Shown here: piece after piece, positions 37,700 to 49,369 of the stretch
Numbering within the stretch: position 1 is the stretch's first letter
How the letters are laid out: the number at the start of each line of letters is the position of its first letter
Assembly: GCF_001194135.2 (NCBI RefSeq)
Contig: NC_069001.1
Span: 19,452,228-19,501,868, forward strand
Direction of reading: 5' to 3'
DNA length: 49,641 bases
From: Octopus bimaculoides
Taxonomy: Eukaryota
The notes under the pieces: generated by a model
What the model saw: the letters and a program-made list of their open reading frames with translations, nothing else
Databases searched by the model: none
Told to the model about the DNA's origin: nothing
Program-made: the position numbers and the translations under genes

Positions 37700-38975
37700 T
37701 GTGTAAAAACTTACTGTTAACAAAAGTCAGGATGCATGGCATTCAAATACTCAATAAAAGAAAAACACATTAAATACTACAAAGCATACATGCAGGACAG
37801 ACACAGAAGGACCCTAATTCTTCATCAGTTATCGACCAAAATACTAATATTTAGTTTCATGCCTTTAACGATAAGACTGAGATCTTCATATATCGGCAGC
37901 ACCCGCAAAATTTGCGGAGAATTAGGGCTCGAGCAAACAAAACAATACAGGGTGGACATACAGAAGTAAGCAAATGTAAATTGAAATGACAGACGAAGAC
38001 AGAATAAATACGGCCTTTCGGCCAAGCACGAGAGTGATGGGTAACACCTAGAAGAAATCCTAAATAGATATAGGAGAAATAGCAAGAAAGAAGAAAACAT
38101 TGACCGGCAAGGCAAGCATCTGGTGGTGAAAACACAAAGAAATGAGAAAATTAGTCACAGGTCATGTGTGGGCAGTAGATAGAAGGGAGGGAGGATGAGA
38201 GAGAGGGAGAGAGAACGTGGCAGAGAGAACAGGGAAGGAAGGAAAGGGGGAAAGTCTACAGGGAAGGAAGGAAGGAAAGGAGAAAGTCTACAATTAAGAG
38301 TGAGAAGATGAGAGAGAGGGAGAGAGGAAGTTGGGATGCTAGAAAAGGAATATGATGACGAGAGAGAAACAAAGAAGACAGTCACAAAACATATATAAAA
38401 CTTAATGTTAACAAAAGTCCGCATGTGTGGCATTCAATAAATGAAAGTGCATTAAATACTACAAAACGTACACGTAGGACAGGCGTTTGCTCAAGCCCTA
38501 ATTCTCCACAAAGTTTGCAGGTGCAGCCAATATACAAAGATCTCAGTCTTATCATTAAAGGCATGAAACTGAGTATTAGTATTTTGGTCGATAACTGATG
38601 AAGAATTAGGGTTCTTCTATGTCTGTCTTACATGTACGTTTTGTAGTATTTAATGAATTTTCAATTATTGAGGAACTGAACTCCACATATCCAGACTTTT
38701 GTTAACAGTATGTTTTTATATATTTTTTGAAACTATCTTCTTTCTTTCTCTCTCGTCCTCATATTCCTTCTCTAGCATCCCAACTTCCTCTCTCTCGTCT
38801 TCTCACTCTTAATTGTAGACTTTCTTCCTTCTTTCTTTCCTTCCCTGTTCTCTCTGATGCACTCCCTCACCCTCTCTCTGATCCTCCTTCCCTTCTATCT
38901 ACTGATGAAGAATTAGGGTCCTTCTGTGTCTATCCTACGTGTATGTTTTGTAATATTTAATGCATTTTTCATTTA
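37700..38975. repeat. Direct and inverted repeated modules (pseudo-LTR-like) adjacent to a Penelope endonuclease remnant
   Basis: 37706-37935 recurs directly at ~38395-38480 and inverted at ~38480-38720 and ~38901-38970; 38160-38390 recurs inverted at ~38725-38900. Confidence 0.8.
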
Positions 38976-39039
38976 TATATATATGTATTTACATATATGT
39001 ATGCAAAAATTTTGAGTGCTATATCAGAAGTTATAATGC

Positions 39040-39480
39040 CATGACGCTGAATAGAAAAGAGATGCAAGCAGCTAGCCAGCAAAGACCATGCAACCTCATA
39101 ATTCACAAGAACTGTCGACTGGATGATAAATGTCTGGCAAAGTTAGTTGCATACAGTACAAAGGTCGAATCAAACTGCAGCGATGAACCTGAAACATATA
39201 TTAGGGCAACAAATCTCACATTCAAAAACCATTATTACAAGCATAAGCATTCGTTTGTCGGCCTTGACAGAAAATGTACTACAGCTTCGTCAAAGTTTAT
39301 ATGGTTCTCATGCGAGAGAAGTCTTCATGAATTTAAATTGGCCTGGTTTATTGTAGTTAATGTGCTACCATACAGAAATGGGAGCTTTAAATCAAAGATG
39401 CAGCGTGGCCTTTGAAAAACAGAAATCTGACTCCTAACAAAAGAAATGAACTGTTAACACCTTGTATGCAAGTATCACTT
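39040..39480 (+). mobile_element. Penelope-like element GIY-YIG endonuclease remnant
   Basis: CNLIIHKNCRLDDKCL...YIRATNLTFKNHYYKHKHSF...SSKFIW...PYRNGS resembles PLE CNC..CPL.GKCL...YIG.T...FK.RY..H..SF. Confidence 0.8.
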
Positions 39481-39819
39481 AAAAGCATTATTTTTGAACA
39501 TTGCTTAAACAGCAACACAATTTCATGATTTGTATAGAGTTTGTGATGTTTAAGTATTACCATGAGATTCAGAAATGAAATCAAAACCAGCTGTTTTTCG
39601 CACATGTCATTCAGAAAGGTTTTTAAATGAAAGAACATATTCAAACAGTGGATACTCAAAGAAACTCAGGCTTGGTTTACCATCTGATAATTGGAAATGA
39701 GCAACTCAGTAATGGAAATCAGAGCCTTTGAATTATAATGTATTAAAGAATTATTCTACTTCTGTATTGAGTCCTGTAATTTATCACTTCGACAGATTTA
39801 TATATATATATATATATAT

Positions 39820-39963
39820 AATTTTATATAAAGGGCATTAACAGTGTAGTAATGCCTCACGCTTCGAGGGACTAAATAAGTAAAAAAACTACCAAAAAAT
39901 AAGCAACATATTTACTGAAAGCGTGAAGCATTACTACACAGTTAATGCCCTTTATATAAAATT
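39820..39963. mobile_element. MITE-like element with ~45-bp TIRs; duplicate copy at ~40260-40403
   Basis: AATTTTATATAAAGGGCATTAACAGTGTAGTAATGCCTCACGCTT vs its reverse complement, with 2 mismatches. Confidence 0.75.
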
Positions 39964-40617
39964 ATTTATATTTATGAAAAAATGATGAATTTTTTTCATT
40001 ACGAAATTTTTTTCATTATTTTTTTCATTATGAGGTTTTTTCACGCTGACTACTTGATAAATTCTTATAAAGAATTTATCCTATATTATATTATANNNNN
40101 NNNNNNNNNNNNNNNNNNNNNNNNNNNNNNNNNNNNNNNNNNNNNNNNNNNNNNNNNNNNNNNNNNNNNNNNNNNNNNNNNNNNNNNNNNNNNNNNNNNN
40201 NNNNNNNNNNNNNNNNNNNNNNNNNNNNNNNNNNNNNNNNNNTATATATATATATATATAATTTTATATAAAGGGCATTAACAGTGTAGTAATGCCTCAC
40301 GCTTCGAGGGACTAAATAAGTAAAAAAACTACCAAAAAATAAGCAACATATTTACTGAAAGCGTGAAGCATTACTACACAGTTAATGCCCTTTATATAAA
40401 ATTATTTATATTTATGAAAAAATGAATTTTTTTCATTACGAAATTTTTTTCATTATTTTTTTCATTATGAGGTTTTTTCACGCTGACTACTTGATAAATT
40501 CTTATAAAGAATTTATCCTATATTATATTATATATATATATAAATAAATATAGATAAATATTTTGTATGTGTATTTCGTGTGCAAGATTCTTGATGTGGA
40601 TACGTGTGTTGAAAGAA

Positions 40618-40976
40618 ATACAATTAAACCTTGGGAGAGGCATTATGCTGGTAATAAACACACGCACTGGTTCAGTCCTTTATTAATTTATAAACAGTAT
40701 ATAGTTTTTTGTTAAATAATTTCATTGCACTCAATAATTTCATTGCACACATACGAGCTTACACACATTCATATGCTCATACCGAACAGTTTCAAAACAA
40801 CGCCAAATCATACATTCAAAATAAATCGAAGTGGAGAGACAAGTTACTGAAGAGATTGCAAGAGTGCAATGAAATTATTTAACAAAAAACTATATACTGT
40901 TTATAAATTAATAAAGGACTGAACCAGTGCGTGTGTTTATTACCGGCATAATGCCTCTCCCAAGGTTTAATTGTAT
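40618..40976. repeat. 115-bp inverted repeat (1 mismatch) with a 129-bp spacer, ending at a TA-rich tract
   Basis: 40618-40732 is the reverse complement of 40862-40976 except GCTGGT/GCCGGT. A 16-bp tandem copy, AATAATTTCATTGCAC, lies at 40733-40748. Confidence 0.93.
40843..40883 (+). ncRNA. Degenerate minimal type-I hammerhead-ribozyme-like motif
   Basis: GTTA-CTGAAGA-G-ATTGC(AAGAGT)GCAAT-GAAA-TTATT-TAAC. Both core boxes, a 5-bp stem II and a 4-bp stem I are present; C11.1 is missing and stem III is very short. Confidence 0.4.
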
Positions 40977-41394
40977 ATATAAATAAATATATATATATAC
41001 AAACATACGTATGTACATGGATGATGATGATGATGATATACATTATTATTTTAAAATCCATTTACCATGCTTGCATAGGTTGGGTGAGATTACATTAGAG
41101 CAGAGTTCTCAATGGTTGTATGCCTTATCACTGAACCTTTTTGAAACAAGGTAATAATTTTCCAGTTTATCCAACAGCAAATAGCCTAGACGTGGCTACA
41201 CAGAAAACTGGAAACAAACAACATCACATGAACAGGCAATTTGATCAAGCAAGATCATGCAACATTTCAAAAAGCCTGGACATGCTTTTGCAATGGACTG
41301 CAAGCAGACAGTACAGTTTGCATGAACAGTGAGGCCATTATTTACAATGACTGCATGTAAAGAAATATAAAATCACTCCCATACACAAATGTAA

Positions 41395-41530
41395 CAGACT
41401 TCTTTCAGTTTCCCCTCTATTGGTTGGTATGGAATCACAATAGAAGACACTTGCCTAAAATATCACGAACTGAGGCTGAACCTGAAACCACATGGTTGGG
41501 AAGTGAACTTCTTAACCATAAAGCCATGCA
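41395..41530 (-). mobile_element. OR1-like SINE 5' fragment
   Basis: Reverse complement of the 21372 SINE head (CTTCTTTCAGTTTCC...GAAGACACTTGCC...ACCACATGGTTGG). Confidence 0.65.
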
Positions 41531-41624
41531 TGTGGTGTGTGCATGTATACACATATTATGGTTCCAGCTGTCTATTCGACCACAATTCAAACCTGCTAAG
41601 ATCAAACTAAAACAGTTTACTCAC

Positions 41625-41702
41625 ATTAGGATCATATTTGGCATACATCATCAGTCTTTTCTGGAATTTACTACCTCCACGATGTTTTAATGAAATCCGT
41701 TC
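41625..41702 (-). CDS. UTP14: UTP14 internal exon
   Basis: attttcag|GAA CGG ATT...CCT AAT|gtgagt. 78 nt. ERISLKHRGGSKFQKRLMMYAKYDPN (Utp14 ERMSLKH...AKYD motif). Confidence 0.92.
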
Positions 41703-42813
41703 CTGAAAATATGAAAAACAAAAAAATGAATGAAGAGGAAAAATCCTTAGATATAACAGCACTGGTACTGCTGCTTAGCTCTGATTCAATACAATTATGA
41801 TTAGACATAAAGAGGCGGGAGACATTGTTGTCTGATTAAGAAGTTTGTGTCACAATCATGAGGTCTCAGATTTGATACCTTGGGCAAGTATCTTCCATCA
41901 TACCTTTGGGTTAGCCCATGAATGGCAAATAAAACTGAGAAGACAGAAATTGCATAAATTATAGGATGGACTGTATCAGTTCTTGAGTGGCAGATGTAAT
42001 CTGTCTTCGTTTTAACAACACCACCTGGTCCTTCAGTGCTATGTTTTTATTTTTTTTATGACCAGAGTTAAGGCAAATCTTGCAGATTTTCTCTAAACAA
42101 ATTCTGAAGGAGAGCTGATATGGCAAAGCTTCAATCAACTCCTACCAGTCCACTATCAGACAGTGTTACATGAGATACTTGAATCCTGGTACAATTAAGA
42201 AGTCTACATTTTCAAACATAACAAATACAAGTGTGTATGTCACTACTTCACTTCACACCTCCACCATCACCCAGTACCACATGTTTTATTGACTCACCAT
42301 CCGTAGGGGATTGCCAACCAAGTTTAAAGAGCTTGTCACCTGCCCGTGTGATGTAACAACCTCTACCCTGTTCATATCCAGATGTTATTTTGGTATATCA
42401 ATGATTTTTTCACTAGGGATCTATTCTTAGACAGGGGCCTGTGCCAGGCACTGTCAGCTCAACCTGGAACTTAGGCAGTCACCACACATTGAAGTAATAA
42501 CTAAGATTTCTTCTCACTATCTACTATTGGGAGCCATTAGGGATGCCTGCGCTGTTGCAGGCATTCAAATCAAATTTGTCTGAATGAAAAACTCACATGA
42601 CATGGCTATTTCTCTTCCTTTTTCCCCACCAGTTTCAAAGGCTCCAGCAAAATGTTTATGAGCATTGTACCCCCACCTTCCACTAACACTTCCAGTTATA
42701 AACATCCTGTCTTATTTGCAGACAGTTTATCTAGGACTACATTATCTAATGTGTCCTTTATTTTTTAAAGACATTTAATACATTCAAACACATATAGTCT
42801 GGTATGTAAAATA

Positions 42814-43680
42814 TGAGGTGCATTCTAAAAGTTTTTAAACTTTTATTAGGTAAGGCTGTTATAAGTGTCCAAGATTATTGTTAATTTTAGTAAATCATTA
42901 TTATATATCGAGTAAGCGGACCTGTCAACTTTTGTTATTCCAGATTAAAGGAGACAGTTGTAACAGTACTTTAAACACACCCTGTTAAACACTGCTTGTT
43001 GCAGCTGACTAGTTTGCAGAATGCAGTTGGGATGTTTGGAAGCTTGCTATGCAATAAAAGTTTGTGTTTAACTGAGCAAAAATACTGCAGAAATGAAATG
43101 CCCCAGAGTGTTTATGGATTAACTTTCATGCTGGCACAAGTGAAAGACTATAGGAGGTGTGGAGAGAGGGTATCCAAACATCAGAGCTTGTTGAGAAAAT
43201 TCACGATTTTCTGGATGAAGGCTTTTGTGTGTCTATAAAGACAATCAGAATCCAGTTTGGAGTTGATGTGGCAACTGTACACAAGATTATCCACAAAGAT
43301 CTCAACATGAGCAAAATTTGTACTAAGTTTGTTCCTGGGTGCTCAGTGATAAGCGTCCTTGTAACCAACTACTTGACAGCAATGAATTCAAAACTGTCCC
43401 TCATCCTCTCTACAGTGTAGACCTTGCTCTATGACTTTTGGATGTTCCCAAGCTGAACGAGAACCTCACGGGCAGTCGTTTTGAAGATGAAGGAGGCTGT
43501 GACAAGGGTCCTGAATATCTTCACTTTGGAGGACTACAATGAAGACTTCATGAAATGGCTGAAGCACTACAACAAGTGCACTGAAGTCAGAGGATCCTAT
43601 TTTGAAAGAAATTAGTGTTTTGTACTTCTTTGAAATGAATGTCTCCTGAAAAAGTTTTAAAACTTCTGAAATGCACCTTG
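42814..43680 (+). mobile_element. Internally deleted mariner element
   Basis: TIRs (TA)TGAGGTGCATTCTAAAAGTTTTTAAACTTT and AAAGTTTTAAAACTTCTGAAATGCACCTTG(TA). HTH VATVHKIIHKDLNMSKICTKFVP; DLALYDFWMFPKL...GSYFE. Confidence 0.88.
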
Positions 43681-44042
43681 TATGAGGCCTCAGAATTATA
43701 AAGCAAGCAAATGTATAAAGTTACAATGATTCATGACACATCTTTAAACACTAGTAACCAGCTGCATAAAAATGAGCCAACGAGGGTACCACTACATGAT
43801 TATTAAATCTGCATGAAATAGCAAGCAAATCTAACAAAATCACATATTACTGTCTCCAAAAAGAACGCATTGGAAAATACATTACAAGCCATAGATATGC
43901 TATGTTTTGGGAAAAGAATACAAGGTAGTTACAGCTGATCATAGTTATGCTCAGTCAAAATTAACCAGGGGTTAACAACAATTGTATACACATGAAATTC
44001 AGTTGCTATGATTCACCAATGACTGCTGGCTCTCCAACTTAC

Positions 44043-44166
44043 TTTAGCATGAGATTTTTCAATGATTTTCATTTGGTTCAGGAATTTTTCAGGATCATCT
44101 TTTGCCAATTCATTAACACGAGATTTTTCCTTTTCAAGCTTCTCTCTTTTCAACACACGTCGATAA
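44043..44166 (-). CDS. UTP14: UTP14 internal exon (most 5' exon found in the window)
   Basis: tttttcttgtag|T TAT CGA...GCT AAA|gtaagt. 124 nt. YRRVLKREKLEKEKSRVNELAKDDPEKFLNQMKIIEKSHAK; joins in phase with the next exon. Confidence 0.88.
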
Positions 44167-44419
44167 CTACAAGAAAAATTAAAGATTATATTACAAAATG
44201 CAAGAATACTGATCATAACACTGAAACACACACCAGCATATTAATGCTGCTGTAAGTAAAGTTGTAGCTACTTTACAAATCTGGGACCTACAGTTACATT
44301 TTTCACACTCTGGTTACATCCCTACTTCATAATTGATACCATTATCTACTACACATGTAGGAAATTCTGTCAGGGTGTGTTTGTTTAAGGAGTTGTTAGC
44401 TTTAGCTAACTCCTACATT

Positions 44420-47400
44420 CATCGTCATCATCGTTTAACATCCGCTTTCTATGCTAGCATGGGTTGGACGGTTTGACTGCAGTCTGGGAAGCCAGGAGGC
44501 TGCACCAGGCTCCAGTCTGATCTGGCAGTATTTTTACAGCTGGACGCCCTTCCTAATGCCAACCACTCCGTGAGTGTAGTGGGTGCTTTTTACGTGCCAC
44601 CGGCACAGGGGCCAGAGGAGGCTGGCAATGGCTACAATCGGTTGGTGCTTTTTACGTGCCACCAGCACGAAAGCCAGTCAAGGCAGCATTGGCATCGGCC
44701 ACATTCGGATGGTGCTTTTTACATGCCACCAGCACAGGGATCACAACTACAATTTCCATTTGATTTTCATTTTGATGTTGATGTACTTTACTCAATAGGT
44801 CTCCTCAAGCACAGCATGTCGCCCTACAATCCAAGGTATTTTTGAATGGGCTGGGGCTGGTTATGCAAAACTGGTGTAGAATACAGCTGTGAACTCTGCC
44901 AGGTCTTTTCAGTCACAGCATATCTCCAGAGGTCTCTGTCTTTCGTCATTGCCTCTGTGAGGCCCAACTTTTGAAGGTCATGCTTGACCACCTCATCCCA
45001 TGTCTTCCTGGGTCTCTCTCTACCCCGGATTCCTTCAACTATTTTGGAAGGCAGTTCTTTACACAGCTCTCCTCATCCATCCATAGTACATGACCATACC
45101 AGTGCAAACGTCTCTCTTGCACACCACATTCGATGCTTCTTATAGCCAACATTTCTCTCAGGGCGCACATTGACATTACACNNNNNNNNNNAACGTCTCT
45201 CTTGCACACCACATTCGATGCTTCTTATAGCCAACATTTCTCTCAGGGCGCACATTGACATTACACATCCAATGGATCATGCTAGCTTCATTTCTTTCGA
45301 GCCTACGCATGTCCTCAGCAGTCACAGCCCATGTTTCACTACCGTGAAGTATGGCAGTTCGCACACATGCATCATACAATCTACCTTTCACTCTGAGCGA
45401 GAGGCCCTTTGTCACCGGCAAAGGTACAAGCTTTCTAAACTGTGCCCAGGCTATTCTTAATCTAGTGGTAACACTCTCTGAGCATCCACCTCCACTACTA
45501 ACTTGGTCACCTAGGTAGCGGAAGCTATCAACTACTTCTAGTTTTTCCCACTGGCATATGATGGAATCTGTTTTATGAGTATCTGTGGTGTATATTGCTC
45601 CCATGCATCTGCCGCACACGAAAGCTATCATCATCATCTAACGTCTGCTTTCCATGCTGGCATGGGTTGGACGATTTGACTAAGGACAGGCGAACTAGAT
45701 GGCTACACCAGGCTTCAATCTGATCTGGCAGAGTTTCTACAGCTGGATGCCCTTCCTAACTCCAACCAGTGTATTGGGTGCTTTTACGTACCACCAGTAC
45801 GAGGACCAGTCAGGCACTACTGGCAATGACCACGCTNNNNNNNNNNNNNNNNNNNNNNNNNNNNNNNNNNNNNNNNNNNNNNNNNNNNNNNNNNNNNNNN
45901 NNNNNNNNNNNNNNNNNNNNNNNNNNNNNNNNNNNNNNNNNNNNNNNNNNNNNNNNNNNNNNNNNNNNNNNNNNNNNNNNNNNNNNNNNNNNNNNNNNNN
46001 NNNNNNNNNNNNNNNNNNNNNNNNNNNNNNNNNNNNNNNNNNNNNNNNNNNNNNNNNNNNNNNNNNNNNNNNNNNNNNNNNNNNNNNNNNNNNNNNNNNN
46101 NNNNNNNNNNNNNNNNNNNNNNNNNNNNNNNNNNNNNNNNNNNNNNNNNNNNNNNNNNNNNNNNNNNNNNNNNNNNNNNNNNNNNNNNNNNNNNNNNNNN
46201 NNNNNNNNNNNNNNNNNNNNNNNNNNNNNNNNNNNNNNNNNNNNNNNNNNNNNNNNNNNNNNNNNNNNNNNNNNNNNNNNNNNNNNNNNNNNNNNNNNNN
46301 NNNNNNNNNNNNNNNNNNNNNNNNNNNNNNNNNNNNNNNNNNNNNNNNNNNNNNNNNNNNNNNNNNNNNNNNNNNNNNNNNNNNNNNNNNNNNNNNNNNN
46401 NNNNNNNNNNNNNNNNNNNNNNNNNNNNNNNNNNNNNNNNNNNNNNNNNNNNNNNNNNNNNNNNNNNNNNNNTTATCTTCCCAGTTAATCTTCCTTTGAT
46501 GTTGCTGCACCTCTTATGTGTCCATAGCTTACACTGGGTACATCTTATGGAGTTTCTACCTACACCTTTTCTACAGATCGAGCAGGGCCACCTACTTGAG
46601 GGGGGGGGCGATGTGTTCGCCTTCCTACTTACTACAACTTTGGTCTTTGCTACATTGACTCTAAGGCCTTTTGATTCTAAGCCTTGTTTCCACACCTGAA
46701 ATTTCTTCTCTAGTTCTGGTAGTGATTCTGCTATGAGGGCCAGGTCATCAGCATAGAGGACTTCCAGAGACAATCTGTCTTGAATTGCTCTGTTATTATC
46801 TGGAGGACTATGATGAATAAAAGGGGACTGAGGGCTAATCCTTGGTGGACCCCTACTACTACCCAGAATTCTTCACTATACTCATTGCCAGTCCTAACCT
46901 AACTCACAGCCTCTCCATATAGGGCCTGTACAGCCCTTATTAACCATTCGTCAATCCCCAGTTTCCACATCGCCCACCAGATAAGGGATCAGGGACCCTG
47001 TCAAAGGCTTTCTCCAAGTCCACAAAAGCGAAGTATAGGGGTTTATCTCTGGCTAGATATTTTTCCTGCAGTTACCACATCAGTGGTGCTTTTCCCTGGC
47101 ACAAAACAAAACTGCACCTCATCTAAGCTGACTCTCTCCCTAATGAGATGGGCTATGACCCTCTCCGTGACCTTCATCACCTGATCCAGCAGTTTGATAC
47201 CCCTGTAGTTATTTCTATCTAAAGCATCACCTTTACCCTTGTAGCAGTTGACTATGGTGCTGCTATGCCAGTCATTGGGTATGAATCCATCATGAACTAC
47301 CTGGTTTACAATGCGGGTGACTAGGCCATAGCCCACACCACCAGATGTTTTAAGCATCTCAGCAGTGATTCCTGATGGGCCGGTGGCTTTTCTTGGCTTC

Positions 47401-48485
47401 ATACCCTTAATTGTTCTATCTACCAGGGAGCTGTCTATTCAGATAGCTGGTTCCTCTACTAGGTCAACATTTGACAGGCTCACCTCCTCCCATTCATTCT
47501 CCACGTTCAGCAGTCTTTCATAATGGATTCTCCAAGCCTCTTTTCTGAATCATTAAAAGCTAGTGCAACATCATCCATGCAGACACACTTCTCTCCTGTG
47601 ATATCACAATTTTCTCTCTCACACTGCCTTGCAATCTGAAATACTCCAGTTCTTTGGTCCACATGCTCCTGGACATTGGCAAACTTCTTCTCTGCTTCAC
47701 CCTTGGCTATGTATTTCTGCCGCCCAGCCTCCCTTTTGGCTANNNNNNNNNNTCACCCTTGGCTATGTATTTCTGCCGCCCAGCCTCCCTTTTGGCTATC
47801 TGGTACAGTTCCCTGCTACCCCCACTCTTCCAGGCTTTCCAGGCCTGTTTCTTTGCTTTAATGGCTTTGTTTACCGTACTATTCCACCACCACATTACTC
47901 TAGGTCTGGAAAGGACTTTGCACCATCTGCAGAATTGGTCTGTGGCACTCAGTAAGCTGTCTCATAGGAATTTCCAGCTACCTTCTATGTCCGATGTCTG
48001 TAGCTCCTCCTCCCTCTCATCAAATTTCTTGATGAGGATGTTCCTAAATCTCTGGCCATGTGAAGGGTTCTTTAGCTTCCAAATCCTTCTTTTCTGGATT
48101 GGTCTGCTTCTTGGAATTCTTCTGGCCTCAAGTCTAAAGTCACTAATGATTAGTCTATGCTGGGAGTACATTCTTCACCCAGAAGGGTCTTTGTATTTAA
48201 GAGCAACCCTGCGTCCCGCTGTCTGGTGAGGATGAAATCAATCTGGCTAGCAGAGTTCCCTGATTGATAGGTTATCAGGTGGCTGTCTGGCTTCCTGAAG
48301 TTAGTGTTGCAGATTAAAAGGTTACATGCATCACAGAACTCCAGTAGCCTATTTCCTTCATCGTTTCGGGAACTAATACCATGGCCCCCGTGTACACCAG
48401 TGAAGATACTGGATTGCCACCCAACATGCCCAGTAAAATCTCCAGTCACAAAGATTGTTTTATTGATTTTGATGAACTTGACACA
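44420..48485 (-). mobile_element. Largest RTE LINE copy (PHD-insertion family), with a nested 3'UTR piece at ~45628-45836 and three gaps
   Basis: APE (GDFTGHVG...LLICNTNFRK...SQIDFIL), RT (KATGPSG, NYRGIKLL, VDLEKAFD, VLYADDLAL), PHD, FRYLGDQV, LHGSETW, then the 3'UTR to (GAT)n. Confidence 0.92.
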
Positions 48486-48699
48486 CGAGTAAGGATCCTT
48501 ATATATATAACTACATTTTCCTATATTATCTGGTATAAATCAAACTGAGTATGCTTATTTCTTAGTATTTGAACTGTTAGAGTTATTTTCGCAATTTATT
48601 CAGTACAACCCTTAAAGAAGTAAATAGTATTTTCCTAAACAATAAATCCACTTATTTCACGAATATACCATGAATGATGATGCCTTTCATATCACTTCA

Positions 48700-49369
48700 G
48701 CCAATTGACAAGTGCTGCATGAAGAACGGTTCTCCTTTTAGACAAATGCACTCTCAACACAAAGGTCACACCCTGTTTACATGTAGGAATACCTCAAAAT
48801 CTATCTGTACATCTTGAAAATGGCCAGCGTGTATATTTCACACAAGACAATACTTGAAACATAGTTCTAAATCCATGAGAAACTACTTTGGCAGCTTTCT
48901 TCAAATTATGCCAATGTGATCTGTTTATCCGAACACTGTTGTATATAGAGGACCCCGTGTACTATACCTGGGCAACAATAGATGGAACAGACATAAGCAA
49001 GAAATGCACACTGAGGGCTGGGAAGAAGATGCTGTCTTCAGAAGTGGAGCCATCAGGCAGGTGTACACTGTGCACCCTAATCTGCAGGAGTGCTTCTTTC
49101 TGCATCTACTGCTACACACTGTGAGAGGTCCTACATCATTCACAGACTTTCGAAGACACAATGAGAAGTCTGCACAACCTATAGAGAAGCCTGCGCCAAA
49201 CATGGACTACTGGACGACGATGCGCACTGGGACCAGATACTGGAGGAAGCAGCAGTCAGCACAGCACTAAGTCAACTGCGCCAGCTATTTTCTATTATAT
49301 TGATGACGTGTGGCTTGCGTGAACCTCACAAGCTTTGGGCGATCCACAAAACCAGCATGGCAGAGGACA
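48700..49369 (+). mobile_element. Helitron Rep/helicase remnant
   Basis: HLENGQRVYFT; TLAAFFKLCQ; QVYTVHPNLQECFFLHLLLHTVRGPTSFTDF; QLRQLFSIILMTCG...LW...SMAED. Confidence 0.88.

Noticed and set aside
44570-44740. CRISPR-like repeat-spacer array
   Set aside because: Degenerate modules inside a LINE 3'UTR in an animal genome; spacers are related to each other and there are no cas genes.
45699-46510. Long ORFs of 166-323 aa in the track (also at 4031-4512 and 30527-31134)
   Set aside because: Mostly X residues translated across N gaps; artefacts.
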